Below, piece by piece: positions 48,401 through 61,478 of a DNA stretch of 64,000 nt (within the stretch, counting starts at the first letter, position 1; every line of letters begins with the position of its first letter). Position numbers and translations under genes: made by a program. The DNA is taken from assembly GCA_964270895.1 (NCBI GenBank), contig OZ185436.1. The stretch is one strand, 5' to 3'. The notes under the pieces were generated by a model. It worked only from the letters and a program-made list of their open reading frames with translations, had not been told where the DNA came from and made no database searches. Source of the DNA: Podarcis filfolensis. Lineage: Eukaryota.

Positions 48401-49682
48401 AATTAGAATTGCCAGGGGTTTTTTTCTGGCTTGGTCCCTGGCATGCTGAAATGTTAACAGATGAAGCTTTCCCCACCATTTAATTTCCCTACCAAGAAAA
48501 ATTACCCCAGCAAAGTATCTGCTCCTTGGGCAGCTGTTCAAAGCACAGCAGCCCTTTCGGCGGGGGTGGGGGGAGTGGCAACCCTACCTACCATTGATTC
48601 AACTTGAAAAAGCTTACACACTAATCTCATGTCTTTTCCTTTTCAATTCATGATTTTAAGGAGAGATTTTTGTTGCTATAATGGCAGAATTATCAAGCTT
48701 TCCCACATGAGCCAAGAACATCTGCTACTTAGTGCCGCCGCCGCTGTCATCATCTCCACAGCCATAAAAGCCAAATAGTTCCTTCTTTTTTCCAGTGATA
48801 CTGCAATGGGGTCACTGGGTCAGTGATCCTCAAAAGGTCAGCAGGGGGTATTAGCCAACAGAAGCCATCTGTGCCTCGTGGGTTTATATGGGACAGAGCT
48901 GACAAAGCGAGTGTTCAAAAGAGAAAACAGGATGGGGTGGGAGGGATATAAACTGTACTCTTTGTGGTTCATGTATAGGTGCAATACTTCCTGCACTGTC
49001 ATGCCTGACCGACTACTGTTACAGCACCAAGCTCTCAACAGATAACTACATACTTTCTACACTAGAAGTGGATTGCATCAGCTAACTTGAAAGAAGGGAC
49101 TTTTTTCCATCCCCCCCCCAAAAAAAAACACAAGGAGACTTTTGACCTTTCACACAGCACATACTCTGCTTCAAATTACATGATGAAGCACAGAAGACAC
49201 TATCTCCAAAAAATCTTAAGTGATCCGCCCCCTTCTTAAAAATTATTTTCTGTGCAATGCCTTCTGTTATTCACAGAGGACCTAAAAAGAGTATTTAAGT
49301 ATTTCCAGACATGACAAAGCCAGCCTAAACCAGCAACTCCCTAGGCAAAATTATCACTAGAGTAGGATGACCTTGTGCTGTCTGGAAGCACTTGTTCCAT
49401 GATGAACATGGGAAAGCTACTCAATTGGTCTGGGGCAATTGCTTTCATAAATGTGCAGTCACCATCCTATGCAGATCAAAAGAATAGCTTCTCCATGTTT
49501 AACAAGGAGCATATGATTCAGAAATCAACTTAGAACGGCTCCATCTTCAACACTGCAGAATTCCAAAAAACAAAGTTGTGACTGAAGAAGATAGTCAAAG
49601 AGTCAAACTACTAGAAGACATTTGAACAGCAGGTAATCATCAAAATGCTACCTGCAAAACAGATAACTCAAGCAGGTCAACC

Positions 49683-49715
<33 letters not shown>
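49683..49715. repeat. (CA)n microsatellite
   Basis: Direct observation. Confidence 0.95.
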
Positions 49716-49719
<4 letters not shown>

Positions 49720-50446
49720 AAACAACAACACAAAACTGCCTCCAAGTAAACTGCTAGCCATCAAAACTGTCACTTAGCAATTCTAACCTAAGGAATAGCC
49801 CTTCTCAACCTGAGCATCAGTCATGAGCCTGAGAAATACAATACCATTTTATATGCCAAAGGAAATGTTATAGGGACAGTTTGAAACTCTCCATTCACAA
49901 GTCACATTCCACGTGTGGGAACCGCTCAGGCACAACCAAGGCAAGGTTTCTGGTCCCTTCCTGTGCACATGAGCCGGTCTTGGAGAAGTGGAGAAGCGTC
50001 TTTCTTTTCTGGCCTCAGAGTCACCTGAGTCCTGCTCCCCTGCTTGCTTCAAAAAGACTGCTTGGGTGTTGGATGAGAAGTGAAGGGGGTGGGTGTGAAA
50101 CTCTGAGCAGAGGCGCCTCCCCCCCCAGCTGGCCATCTGGGGTAACTGCCTGGTGGGCAGCAAGAGGGTTGGCACGTTTATTATTATTAGTGCAGGAAGA
50201 AGAGGTAGCCGGGAAGAAGCAGCTCTGGTTCAGGCTGTGATGGTGCTTCCATGCGGGGCTAGGAATACACAGTCGCCTTTTCTTTTCTTTCCTTCCCTCC
50301 ATCCCTTTTGCTCGGTGTCGCCTCACTCACATTCACTGATCCTGCCTGTGGAGAGAGGCGACCCCTCCTTGGAGTGGGATCATAGAAGGACACTTACGGT
50401 AAGTCTCAGGTTTGCAAACGGGACACTCAAGGTGGGCGTCTCTGCC

Positions 50447-51406
50447 ACAGTGTTAGAAACTGAGATATGAAAGCTAGAAGCTAAATGGCACCTTAATCCT
50501 AGGTTATCGGTGCAACAACAGAATGTCTAGGTGCACTTCTTTAATAACAAGAATACAAAGCTGAAAATGAATGAACTGCAGCTAAAATATTATGTTCATT
50601 TTTCACATGGTCTAGTCCTCATGTGAAGACTGCAAAAAACAAAGCCTTGCATCCCCTGCTCACCCCCTAATATTCTTAAAAGGGTCTCTTCTCCATGCTT
50701 CAGAGAGAGACTGGAAGTGGGGAAACAGAAAAAGGCCCCCCTTTCCTTCCACTCTGCAGGCAGGCCCTGGATTCTCCCTATACCCCCTTCATATAAATAT
50801 ATCTTTTTGGCACCATAATTAACACATATTAAAGGCCTATACAACTGATGGCAAAGTCTGGGGACCGTGTTCCACAGCTGGGATGTTGTTACTGGGAAGG
50901 CCTCTGGTAGCTCACAGAACCCCAAATTTCACTCAGGGTTGGAAGCACCAGAAGGACCACCCCAGTAAACCTCAAGCCATAGGTAAGCTCATATGGGGAG
51001 CCTATAACAGCAAAGGTGCTCCTGATTCTTGTGTTGAATCATGGAAGGTTATATAGAGAAGGTTCAGGGAAGGCTTTCTGTTATCCTCTCAGTTTCAGTG
51101 CAGCTGCACCCACTCAGGCCATTCCTTGGCCTGGTTTGGAACTCACAGGGCGCAACAATGACATTGCCCTCAAAGAGGTGGAACTATATCTTGCTCTTGC
51201 ATTTCAGAGTTGTACCCTCAACGTACAACTCAGGACTTGCTTGTCCTCGGTGTAAAGGAATTGTAATAATCTGATGCTGTACATAGTTTTGCATAAAAGT
51301 CTTGCTGTTCCACATTTTTTGAAATTGTTTTGGATTAGTAAATATATGAGCACCTTGTCTCAAATATTTTGTTTAAAAAAATATTATTTTGTTTGAGAAT
51401 GATTAA
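50447..51406 (+). repeat. Copy A of inverted duplication (50447-50518 plus 51148-51406, interrupted by about 630 bp)
   Basis: Hand alignment to the reverse complement of 58050-58337. Confidence 0.9.
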
Positions 51407-52559
51407 GAAAAAAACCACAAAAGTAAGGCTTGGGTGGGGCATTCCTCACCCCCTTCCTTTTTCAGGCCTTTCCATCTCTAATCCAAGATCAGCCATATTC
51501 AGAGTAGACTCAATGAATTAATAGATATGACTAAGTTATATCCATTAATTTCAACAGATCTACTCTGGGAGGAATTCAGTGTAGCACTAATTTGATTGTT
51601 CTATCAGGACAAGCAATTTGGCTTGCTAGACGGACTGATCCCCTCTCTTCTCCATGAGCTGCTCCAGGGGGTTCTTGCAAACAACCTCCCCCCATAAGCC
51701 AATTGCATGGCGTCTGCAGACCTTCTGGTGATGGGACTCATTTGTTGAATCCTGTCCTCTAAGTAATAGTTAATTGGATGTAACCAAAACATTCTAATTA
51801 AATTATCAAAATGTGTGCATTCCGAATAAAGTAAATACCACATATTCCAAACTGACACATATTTCACAGAAATAATTAATATTGAAAAATGAGTTGGGTC
51901 AGCTGTCCCATCTGTTATATATCATTAGCCCAATGAGCTTCGAGATCCAATTTTTGATTTTACATAATATATTGCTATGGTGGTAGAGTTCCTGCTGTGA
52001 CCATAGGTCAGACTATGGCCAACTCATGGGTTCTTCTGACCCACGTGTGGAAGACCATTGGTCTAATGGGAACCAGCAGGAATACTGCAAAGAAGCTAAA
52101 AAATGTAATTGAGGCACACATTTACTGAACTACCATCAGCCTAAAGTTTTCAATAGTTTTAATAGTTTTCATTAGTTTTCAATAGTTCAAAATTTTTCAT
52201 TTTTAATACCAATTCTCATCTCATTTGCTCAATTCTATGAATTAATGTATGACATTCATTCCCACCATATGTCCCTATGCTATCACTTTAGAATTACTGT
52301 ATTCCACTGGGATACTGCTTTTCTAAACACTTTATACCAAGAAGAACTATTAGGGGGTCCTAGTGGTGTTGTAGAAATACCTGTCGCTTTGATGGATAGC
52401 TATATATTTACACTAAGCCAGGACATGGAAGCTATGCAATTAAAGCACTTCCTATAAGCACACATTAATTCTTATGAAATAAAATTCTGCTCTGTAACAA
52501 TAAGCTACGCTAATGAAACATCCACCAAATTATTTGAAAATGCCCTCTTTCACTGTTGT

Positions 52560-53900
52560 CTACAAAGCGTAACATTAGTTATTTATTTAAGGGACATATA
52601 CTGTACTACACTTTCTGAGAGTGTCCACATAGTACCTTCTCATACAGTATTTTAAAATGCAAACACATTCCAAAAAACCTTTTAAAAGTCAGCAACAATA
52701 AATAATAATGTTAAAATCACCAGCATAAATTTTAACTCAGCCTTAACCCAGTTAACTCATTCATGTCTCCCTCTATCAAAAACTTTTTTTAAAAAAACGT
52801 GTGAGATGGGGGTCTGCCTAATCACTACAGAACTGCATTCCATAATTTCAGGTTATATACATTTGCTCATCAGTCAAACTGACTTTACAGGCAGGCACTG
52901 AAGTCAGCCCTCTGAGTTCTTAAGCTGTGGGCAAGACCATATGGCTTCAAGTGATCCTTTAAATAACTTGCTTGGCTCCAAACCATCCCGGGCTTTAAAG
53001 GTAATAACCAGTACTTTAACGTGGGTCCAAAAATGCACTGGCAACCCAATCAAGGTAGCATGTGCTGACCACCTGCCAATAACCAGATGGCTATGCTCTA
53101 CATCAGCTGAAGTTTCTGAAACAGATTCAAAGGCAGCCCTATGTGAAACACATTACAGTAGCTCATGCACTGCTAGTTCTTCCTAGTGGGCTTCTATGGG
53201 TTCCAAGGTCTGTTTCATGAAGCCCACACACAGGACACCCCTCACCACACAAAACAGCTCTGTTGGACGACACTGAGGTGGACAACGCTATATCACAATG
53301 GTGATGGACACATATGATTTGTTCACTATTATCACCATCAAAGGCCAAGACATCAAGTGAGTTCTTACCTGTATTAGGTCATTTTGGCTACAAGTTGTCT
53401 GACACCCTGTGCTCTAGCCGTGGAGCCTATCACTTAATTACTCTAAGCTCCTACAAGTATATAGGAGTATATAGGACTCTGCAGATGGCCAGCGCTGACA
53501 GTCCAGGTCCCTCTGGTTCAATCAGCCAGCAAGGATGGAGCATCAAAACCATCCCAGACCCCTGGGAAGCTTACAGGTCAAACCTGATCAAGTAATGACA
53601 TTATCATCTGTTCCAGACAGAAGGCAAGATCCATTGTGAGTTCTGCAACATGCACTGGCTGAGATATAATCTAAGACAGGTCCATGATTGTCATGGAGGC
53701 CATGAATTCCTGAACTACACCAGACAAAGTCACCTTAGCTTTTATGTTGAAATCACCCAGAACCATCCGCCTCATGCATTGATGTTTTCCCTGTGATGAC
53801 TCCTTTCTTTCCTTCCCAGGAATATAAGGCGGTAGAGACGGAGACAAATAGACAATTCCTTGTTACACCCCTAAAGGGACATCCCCCTTCTTCTCATAGC
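52560..53900 (-). mobile_element. Decayed L2 LINE with internal deletion
   Basis: LGDFN...QEFMASMT endonuclease-like motif at about 53760-53690 and VKVLVITFKA C-terminal motif at about 53020-52990, only about 700 bp apart. Boundaries approximate. Confidence 0.7.
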
Positions 53901-56617
53901 TGAAATGTTAGAATATACATATCTAATACAAGTTGAAATGGAAGACCCAATGACTGTATTTGGATGGGACACTAAACTATGATTTAGCATTAAGTGCACA
54001 AGCCTTGAGCTTGCACACTCCTCCAGCTCCCTCTCTTCTCGGGTGGCCACAAGGAATACAGAAGTTTCCATTTCCATCTAACCAGAGTTACTTATTATGT
54101 CAGAACAGCTCCAGGCGCATACCCAGGTTCTTCTCCATGGGTACTGTGGTGTATCTAACTTCCCATTCTGGCTGCAGTTTCTAACATAGCACCAGAAGCC
54201 ACTGCAAAAGATCTTCCAACTTTCAGAAATAGCATTTAACTCTTGTTTGGATTTTAAATGACTGTAAGCTGCCTTTGGGGAGTGGGAAAGTGAGGTACAC
54301 ATAATAAATAAAATAAAATAAAAAGCTAAAATGAGGTTGGGGAATGAGAAGGTTTGTAGGAAAACAAAACTTAATTGTAAGAAAAACAGATGATCTAGAA
54401 TATATGCAGAAATGCACACAATGACACCACAGGGAGACTTCTAAAACACTCATTTAGGAGAGTGTGGTTAGTTCGTTGGTAGGTAGGTTGGTAGGGGCTG
54501 TTTCCTAGATGACTTCTGTGAAGAGGTGCATCTCTCACTCTGAGAACTGCTGTGTTGAGCAAAGCTTAGTTTTAAAATAGTTAGAGCCAGATGATTACTT
54601 ACATTTCAGCAACCAAAAATCCTCTACACATCCTGAGGTGCAGTTCACTGTCTAATACAACAAATAACACCTGATCACAGCTTGCCTTCCTTTCCATTTC
54701 CTGCAGGTCAGTTCAACCTCATTACTTAAGATTATTTTGATGTGAAACCCAACAGCCCCAGCCACCACAATGACAGCAACAGATGGCTCAGAGGCCCCCT
54801 CTGAATCACCAACAATATCCTTTTCAGCTGCAACTTCAAATTCTGGTTTGTTCTTTTATTTATTTATTTATTTACATTTAACTCCCACTAAGCACATATG
54901 GGAAAAAGAGTCCAGAGAAGCTCCATCAGAACTCACCCACTTCTATTTGCCCTTCTCATGTTTTCTCCCCTCACAGATCTCAGCTGTGAGTTGTGCAGCA
55001 ATTCTCTGCAAAACCAATTCATCTCCTGTCATCTGGGACCTTCTTGGCCCTATAAACTAGCTAATTCATTTCCAACCCACTCACACCTTGTGGGTTCAAA
55101 AGTTTGACTCAGACAAATGCTTCTGTATAACATTGTTTAAATGTATTCTCAAGGATGGAATGCAGATATGAGTGTACATGACACAGGACAGGAAAAGAAT
55201 TTTAAAAAAATCAAGCTTGATTTATTATTGCCCAAACCAAAATATATTTTGAGTGAATTACAGTACCTCCAATTATACAAAGTTAAAGACCACATATCCC
55301 ATTGGCTCCAACTGCTTCTTTCAGTATGATCTGCAGCATTGATTTTTCAACTATGTTTATTTGCACCTTCACCTCTACCACTTTATCATCTTTTTTATTT
55401 TATTTTTCCAGTTTTGAGAATGTGCATGTTTGCTGTGAATCCACATCATTTCCCTTTGAGCATTTTCCATTCGCCTCCCACACCCTGATCTATCTCTGCC
55501 TATGCACCACACCTTTAATTTCCCAACCAACAAGACAGAAATAAACAACAAAAGCAACAACAACAACCCCACAACCACCTAATGACTAAATTACTGACCA
55601 ACTGTGCAAGGGAATGACAAGCTACGATTTGATCCTGGAAGCCACTGCTTAATTAAACCCTATGTGCTCATTAAGAAAGACAGAATAAGCGTTTCATTTT
55701 TTGCAGAGAATCCTGGGAACCACCACAATTTTTTCCACCCCTACCCCCCCCCACCATAGGAAACAAACCAATCACACGGAACTTGCTTGGTGCTCTATAA
55801 TAAACAAGGAGGCCTTGAAATATCCCAGGTAGCTCTAGGCATTCTGGGAGATCTCTTGGAAAATCCTTCGGAACCCAAGCTGGGCCCAATTTCTTTCGGT
55901 ACCTGGCCACCTGCGACACACACACACCGGCAGGCCTGCATCCATGCTTTGAAATGCATCCAAGCAAGTGACACCCTCCCCCCCGCAATGCAAAAATAAA
56001 AATATACGGGCGGGGGAGGAGAGCCCGGGGTCTTGCCAGAAGCCTGTTGCAAACCCGTTTGAATCATGGCAGAGCTTTGCAGTCTCATGGTTCAACGCCC
56101 TTCAAGCAAAGCTGTCATATTCGGCCCTTGGGAGGTAACGGGCTCCCAGGCTTGGCGGGGGGGGGGGGGGGAAAGACCCCTCCGGCCCAAACACTGCCCA
56201 GATTTCCCCCCACATCAAACCACCATGGTTTGATGGTCGGCGGCCGAAGCGAGCAGGAGATGAATGAATTGCGGGCAGGGGCGGGCGACGGATGTTGACG
56301 AAGGTCCGCCGTTTCTGTCGCCGGGAGGAAAACGACCCCGCACCTGCGTCTATATTATATATATATATGCAACCCCCACCCACCCACCCCCGTCTCTCGT
56401 CCTCCGGGCCGCAGACCCTTCGCTAAAGCCGAGAAAGCCGCGCGCCAAGAGGCATCTTTCCACCCCGCCGCCGCCGCCGCCTTAGTCGTGGCCGCTCCGC
56501 CTCGTGCTCGACAGCGGCTCCCCCAGCCGCGCGCGCCGGGATGCCATCGTCGTCGCGCCCCCATGATCCCCGGCTGCGGGGTGGCGGGATCCTCCGGTGT
56601 GGTTTTTTTAAATTTAC

Positions 56618-56748
56618 CTGGCCTTGGAAGCGAGGATGCTGCCGGCCTCTGCGGCTGGGCTCTGCGCGGGATGCAGCAGCGAGCGGCGGGCAACGGAGGA
56701 GGCAGAGATGCTGAGGCGCCGCTGCTGCCACCACTCGGCAGTCTCCAC
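56618..56748 (-). other. CYFIP2: CYFIP2 non-coding first exon (5' end runs into the N gap)
   Basis: GC-rich segment in the CpG island ending in a strong donor CCAG|gtaaat at 56618/56617. TSS not resolvable. Confidence 0.7.
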
Positions 56749-56878
56749 NNNNNNNNNNNNNNNNNNNNNNNNNNNNNNNNNNNNNNNNNNNNNNNNNNNN
56801 NNNNNNNNNNNNNNNNNNNNNNNNNNNNNNNNNNNNNNNNNNNNNNNNNNNNNNNNNNNNNNNNNNNNNNNNNNNNNN
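56749..56878. other. Assembly gap (130 N)
   Basis: Run of N flanked by CAC/CACACG. Confidence 0.99.
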
Positions 56879-58027
56879 CACACGCACAAAGAGCAGGAAA
56901 TGGCTACAGCTTGCGCGCTTCCTGAGCTCTTGTGCTCATCGCCCCCCACCCCCTGGCGCGAGAAAGAAACCTGCCCCCCCCGCGCGCGCAACCTCCGCCC
57001 TGCACGCCTCCGCAGCGTGCATCGACCGTGTCCCCCTGTCAGGCAGTAACTGCACCTGTTAACGACAGGGGACTTCGCGGGTTGTGAAACCACCCCCCTC
57101 CCGCAAAGCCCGTCCTCCTTGAAACTGCTGGAGGAATGGGCTCCGCTGCTGGAGCAAATTCTGTAGGCAGACTCGGGGAAGGAGGGGAGAACGACAGAAA
57201 TCGGCGGCATGAGCAGCGATTGCGTGTCCGCTTGCTTGCTGTGAGGAAGAGTGAGCGCCTGCCTGTTGGCCTCGGCGTTTCTCTCTCATCTTAAGGGCTG
57301 AAGAGAGGAGCAGGAGGCTCCAAAAAGAGTGGGGAGAGGCAAGCAGTTTAAGCCTCGCCTGTGGAGCATTCAGCCAGCCCTAGATTGTCAGGTGTCTGCT
57401 TCTTATTTCCACCCTTATTTCCCCTAAAAGAAAGGGGGGGGGGGAGAGAATAAATCACACGCCCATAAGTGTGTGAAAATGAAAATGCAGCCCAATAAAA
57501 AACAAGTGAAAAGGAAATCAAGTGAAAATGAATCATTCAAGTAAAAATGAATCATTCAAGTGAAAATGAAAAGGCAGCCAAATAAAAGCACTCCAAAAAT
57601 ATTCACAAGACCAGGTACAGAAGCTAAGGGCAAGAAAGAAGGCAGGGTAGGAGAGGGGAAATTAAGGCATGAAAGGGCAAAAGGGAGAAATTAAACCTCA
57701 AGAGGAATTTTGCAGGGCTTAAGAAGAGTATAATTTTAAGGAATTCAAATTGTAATACAATAAAATGCAATATATAAAAAACAAAAGAAGCAATTTGGGA
57801 ACAATTTAGGAAAAAACTGTTTTCAACCCTGATCGGATCTGCCTGTAAATCACAACCAAGTTCAAATGGGCTTTTTTGTTTGGTTTTAAACCCAACATGT
57901 TTTGTTTAGGTTTTAAGTGGCCTTGTTTAATGTACTTTTAATGTATTTAGATTAAGGTATATAATTTAGTCACAGCTATTAATTCTACTCTGAATATGGC
58001 TAATCTTGGATTTTTCTGATGTTTTAT

Positions 58028-58337
58028 TATTATTTTGTTTGGGAATGATTAACAAAATGTTTGACACAAGGTGCTCTTATATTTACTACTCCAAAACGAT
58101 TTCAAAAAATGTGTAACAGCAAGACTTTTATGAAAAACTATGTACAGTATCAGATTATTACAATTCCTTTACACCGAGGACAAGCAAGTCCTGAGTTGTA
58201 CATTGAGGGTACAACTCTGAAATGCAAGAGCAAGATACAGCTCTACCTCTTTGAGGGCAATGCCATTGTTGCGCCCATAAGCTAGGTTTAAGATGCCATT
58301 TAGCTGCTAGCTTTCATATCTCAGTTTTTAACACTGT
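58028..58337 (-). repeat. Copy B of inverted duplication
   Basis: 13 differences in about 226 nt against 51148-51373, and 7 in 72 nt against 50447-50518. Confidence 0.9.
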
Positions 58338-58545
58338 CAAAGATAACTCTGCAGCAAAGTCTCTCTTCCATAGGATACAGCCTGGGCCTTGATTTAGCTG
58401 CAATGGTCTTATGCAACGATTGTGGTCCTGGATGCAGATGTACAGCCTTGCACCAGAAATACATTCAGTCAGTTAAGTAGAGCCTGGATGAGATGTGTCT
58501 GGACTACGGACATTAACACAAGGAACACATGTAGGCTGCGTTTAC

Positions 58546-58681
58546 CAAGCATAGGCAGACTCTGGCCCTCCAGATGTTTGGGACCACAATTCCCATCATC
58601 CCTAGCTAACAGGACCAGTGGTCAGGGATGATGGGAATAGTAGTCCCAAACATCTGGAGGGCCAGAGTTTGCCTATGCCTG
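58546..58681. mobile_element. 136-bp palindromic hAT MITE, second copy
   Basis: Same family and length as 32003. 8-bp TSD gcgtttac/gcgtatac. Confidence 0.88.
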
Positions 58682-58919
58682 GCGTATACAGTGGCATTCT
58701 TGCCAGATCAGGACATTTGTTTTAAAGTTCCTGTTTTGGGGCCAACCACCAATATCCAATAGAACTCTCCTTTATATATAAGATTTGTTAAATGTGAACC
58801 TGTGCATTGAAACTTTTTGTAATGATAGTATTTACATGGAAGACAACAGGACATATTACTCTCCAACAGTTTGTAATAGTTTTCTCATCTCATCTACATA
58901 TTCCATATTTCCGTTATTA

Positions 58920-58925
58920 TTTATT
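58920..58925 (-). terminator. Candidate ITK polyadenylation signal (AATAAA)
   Basis: tttatt on the plus strand about 1.15 kb past the stop, after a U/GU-rich UTR-like stretch. The actual cleavage site is not determinable. Confidence 0.3.
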
Positions 58926-60068
58926 TTCCAGCATTTTTCTAAAAGAATCTCTAGTTTTACAATCTGAAAATGGTCAAAGAGGCTAGCAAAATTTATATAA
59001 TGAAACACAATACAAAAACATAATCACAGCAATAACAATGTACAAAAACTCTTAAATAGCTATACTATTCTAATACAATACAATCAGTTCAAAGTCATCC
59101 TCAAATGGAGAGCAGTCCAGCAGGGTATTTTATAATAATGTACATTCTAATTGACCATTGGAAATGGGTAAGCACGTAAAGGGCCAGTTCAAGAAATTTT
59201 GACAACTAAGGTGGAAGTTCAATATAATGTACATTATCTATCATATATTTATATTTCTCTCATGTAAAATAAAGTAACAATTTGCTGTCATTAATAGCAT
59301 TCAACACTTGCCACCTGAGGTGCTCACATTTTTTTTTACCCATGTTTCTTGTAACAACAGTTTTTAAACAGCTGATAGTGAAAGAATATATTATACAATA
59401 TTTGTATATTAGCTAACCCTGCTGAAGATATATATCCCCCACCCTTTCTTTCAACACATTATGTAAAAAGTGAAAATAAACAAGTAGCAGAATCCTATAG
59501 TTTATACTCCAGAGCTTCAAAGCAAGCAGTCCATTCTTAACTTTCCCAATGTACAAGATGCAGTAACGTGTCCCACCTGTCCCTGCTGCGTCCTATGTTA
59601 ATCCATGCAATTTATATTGCAAGAAAATTGTGTTTTGAATTTGCTGTCAAAACATTTGTTTATGAATAGCTTAATATTCCCGTTCAGCTTCAAGCAGGCT
59701 TGGAGGATGAAAGTCATACTTCAGTTCCCCTTGAAATGAGTCATTTTTCAATTAAAAAAAGAGTGTCAGCTCCATAAAGCAATGACAGTTCATCATCTTC
59801 AATATCGGTATCACCATGTGAAACAGAAGATAGACTCCTGGATCCTCACTAAACAGATAATTAGACACAACCCTGAAAGCATCTTGCATTATCCATTTTC
59901 TCAGTTTGTGTAGGACTTTTAAATAGCCAGGATTCCTGTTGCTATTTCTGTCCCAGGTCAGCTACTTCAAGGTGAATGAATACATCTGAACAAGGCGTGC
60001 TAAACGTGGTCATGCCTTTCATATCTTTTTTCTTTTTTAATTAAGAAGCAGCTTCCTTTCATCTTTAG

Positions 60069-60140
60069 TTAAAGATCAGATTCAGATATTTCGTTGAGCT
60101 GGTAAAGCAGGGTAGAGAAGGGGGGTCTGTCCTCTTGCTT
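60069..60140 (-). CDS. ITK: ITK last coding exon (KQEDRPPFSTLLYQLNEISESDL*)
   Basis: 72 nt including TAA, acceptor ttcag. Confidence 0.9.
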   Translation of the reverse strand, partial: KQEDRPPFSTLLYQLNEISESDL

Positions 60141-60409
60141 CTGAAGGGACAACATAGAAGACAACACTGAAGACCATATTGTGAAGGCCAATAGCACCCA
60201 GAAAAGCAATTAATTAATGAATTTTTGCAGGATTTCTATACTGCCCGATTGTAATAAAAACTCAAAAGTGGTTTACAAAAAGAATAAAATTACCATGGAA
60301 AATACCGCTAAAAACAACTATTTTAAAACATTCAAACAAAAAATTAAAATCAACAATAAGCTAAAAAAAAAACCATGCCAGCATTCTTACTGAAAACCTT
60401 CTAAGAAGG

Positions 60410-60500
60410 AATAATAATAATAATAATTTATTTGTACCCCATCCATCTGACTGGGTTGCCCCAGCCACTCTGGGCAGCTTCCAGCATATATAAAAAGTAT
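60410..60500 (-). mobile_element. L2 3' terminus with (AAT)n tail
   Basis: Nearly the same as 6330-6420 (ccccgcccatct...ccccagc.actctgg.cagctt). Confidence 0.65.
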
Positions 60501-61001
60501 AGCAGCTGCAGTGTTGTTTAGTAAGCATTGCATGATGGTGAAAACAATAGACAGCAGCTCATATGTGACTGTCCAGCCCAGTCACGTTTTTGTGCAGTGA
60601 GCCCTTTTTCTTCTGGTACCAGACAAAGCTTCCTCTCACCAGGAAGCAAAAGGCTAGGTGCAGAATATGGCAGAGGGCTCCATGAGCTGGTAAATACGTG
60701 AAAAAGGTTTCGTCTGATTGTGGCCCTACGTCATCATCAACATTCTTAATTTTAATCTGACAAGTATGTTAAAGCTTATGAGAATTATATTGCTGATGAA
60801 AACGCAAACGTCCTGGCATTGGTAATCTAGTTAACACCTGCAGTGGGATAACCCCACCCTAACATGACAGATTTTCCAGAATTTTTGACCAATTAAAATT
60901 CTAAACTTGCATATTATTTTTCTTAGAATGTTTAAATGTGTTAGCAGGACTACTTCTGCTCTCCTTAAGTAAAGACCAGTGCTGTTTCGGATCCCCCTTT
61001 A

Positions 61002-61358
<357 letters not shown>

Positions 61359-61478
61359 CTAGGGCAAAGGTGGCCCAAATCTGACTGAAGAGAGGTACAT
61401 GTGCATAGCCATTCCCACCACATGGCAGTGGCAGCAGAGAATCCTAGAGTTAGAAGGGACCCTGTGGATAATCTAGTC

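Larger units (their letters stand above)
55960..57300. promoter_or_regulatory. CpG island / CYFIP2 promoter
   Basis: Dense CpG, GCC runs and GC boxes, in contrast to the CpG-poor rest of the window. Surrounds the putative exon 1. Confidence 0.85.

Noticed and set aside
56243-56255. 13-nt match to the U6 5' end (TGCTCGCTTCGGC, minus strand)
   Set aside because: Too short, inside a GC-rich island, and no TSD.
56355-57289. Long overlapping ORFs of 112-198 aa in the CpG island
   Set aside because: GC-rich stop depletion and translation through Ns; no recognisable domain.
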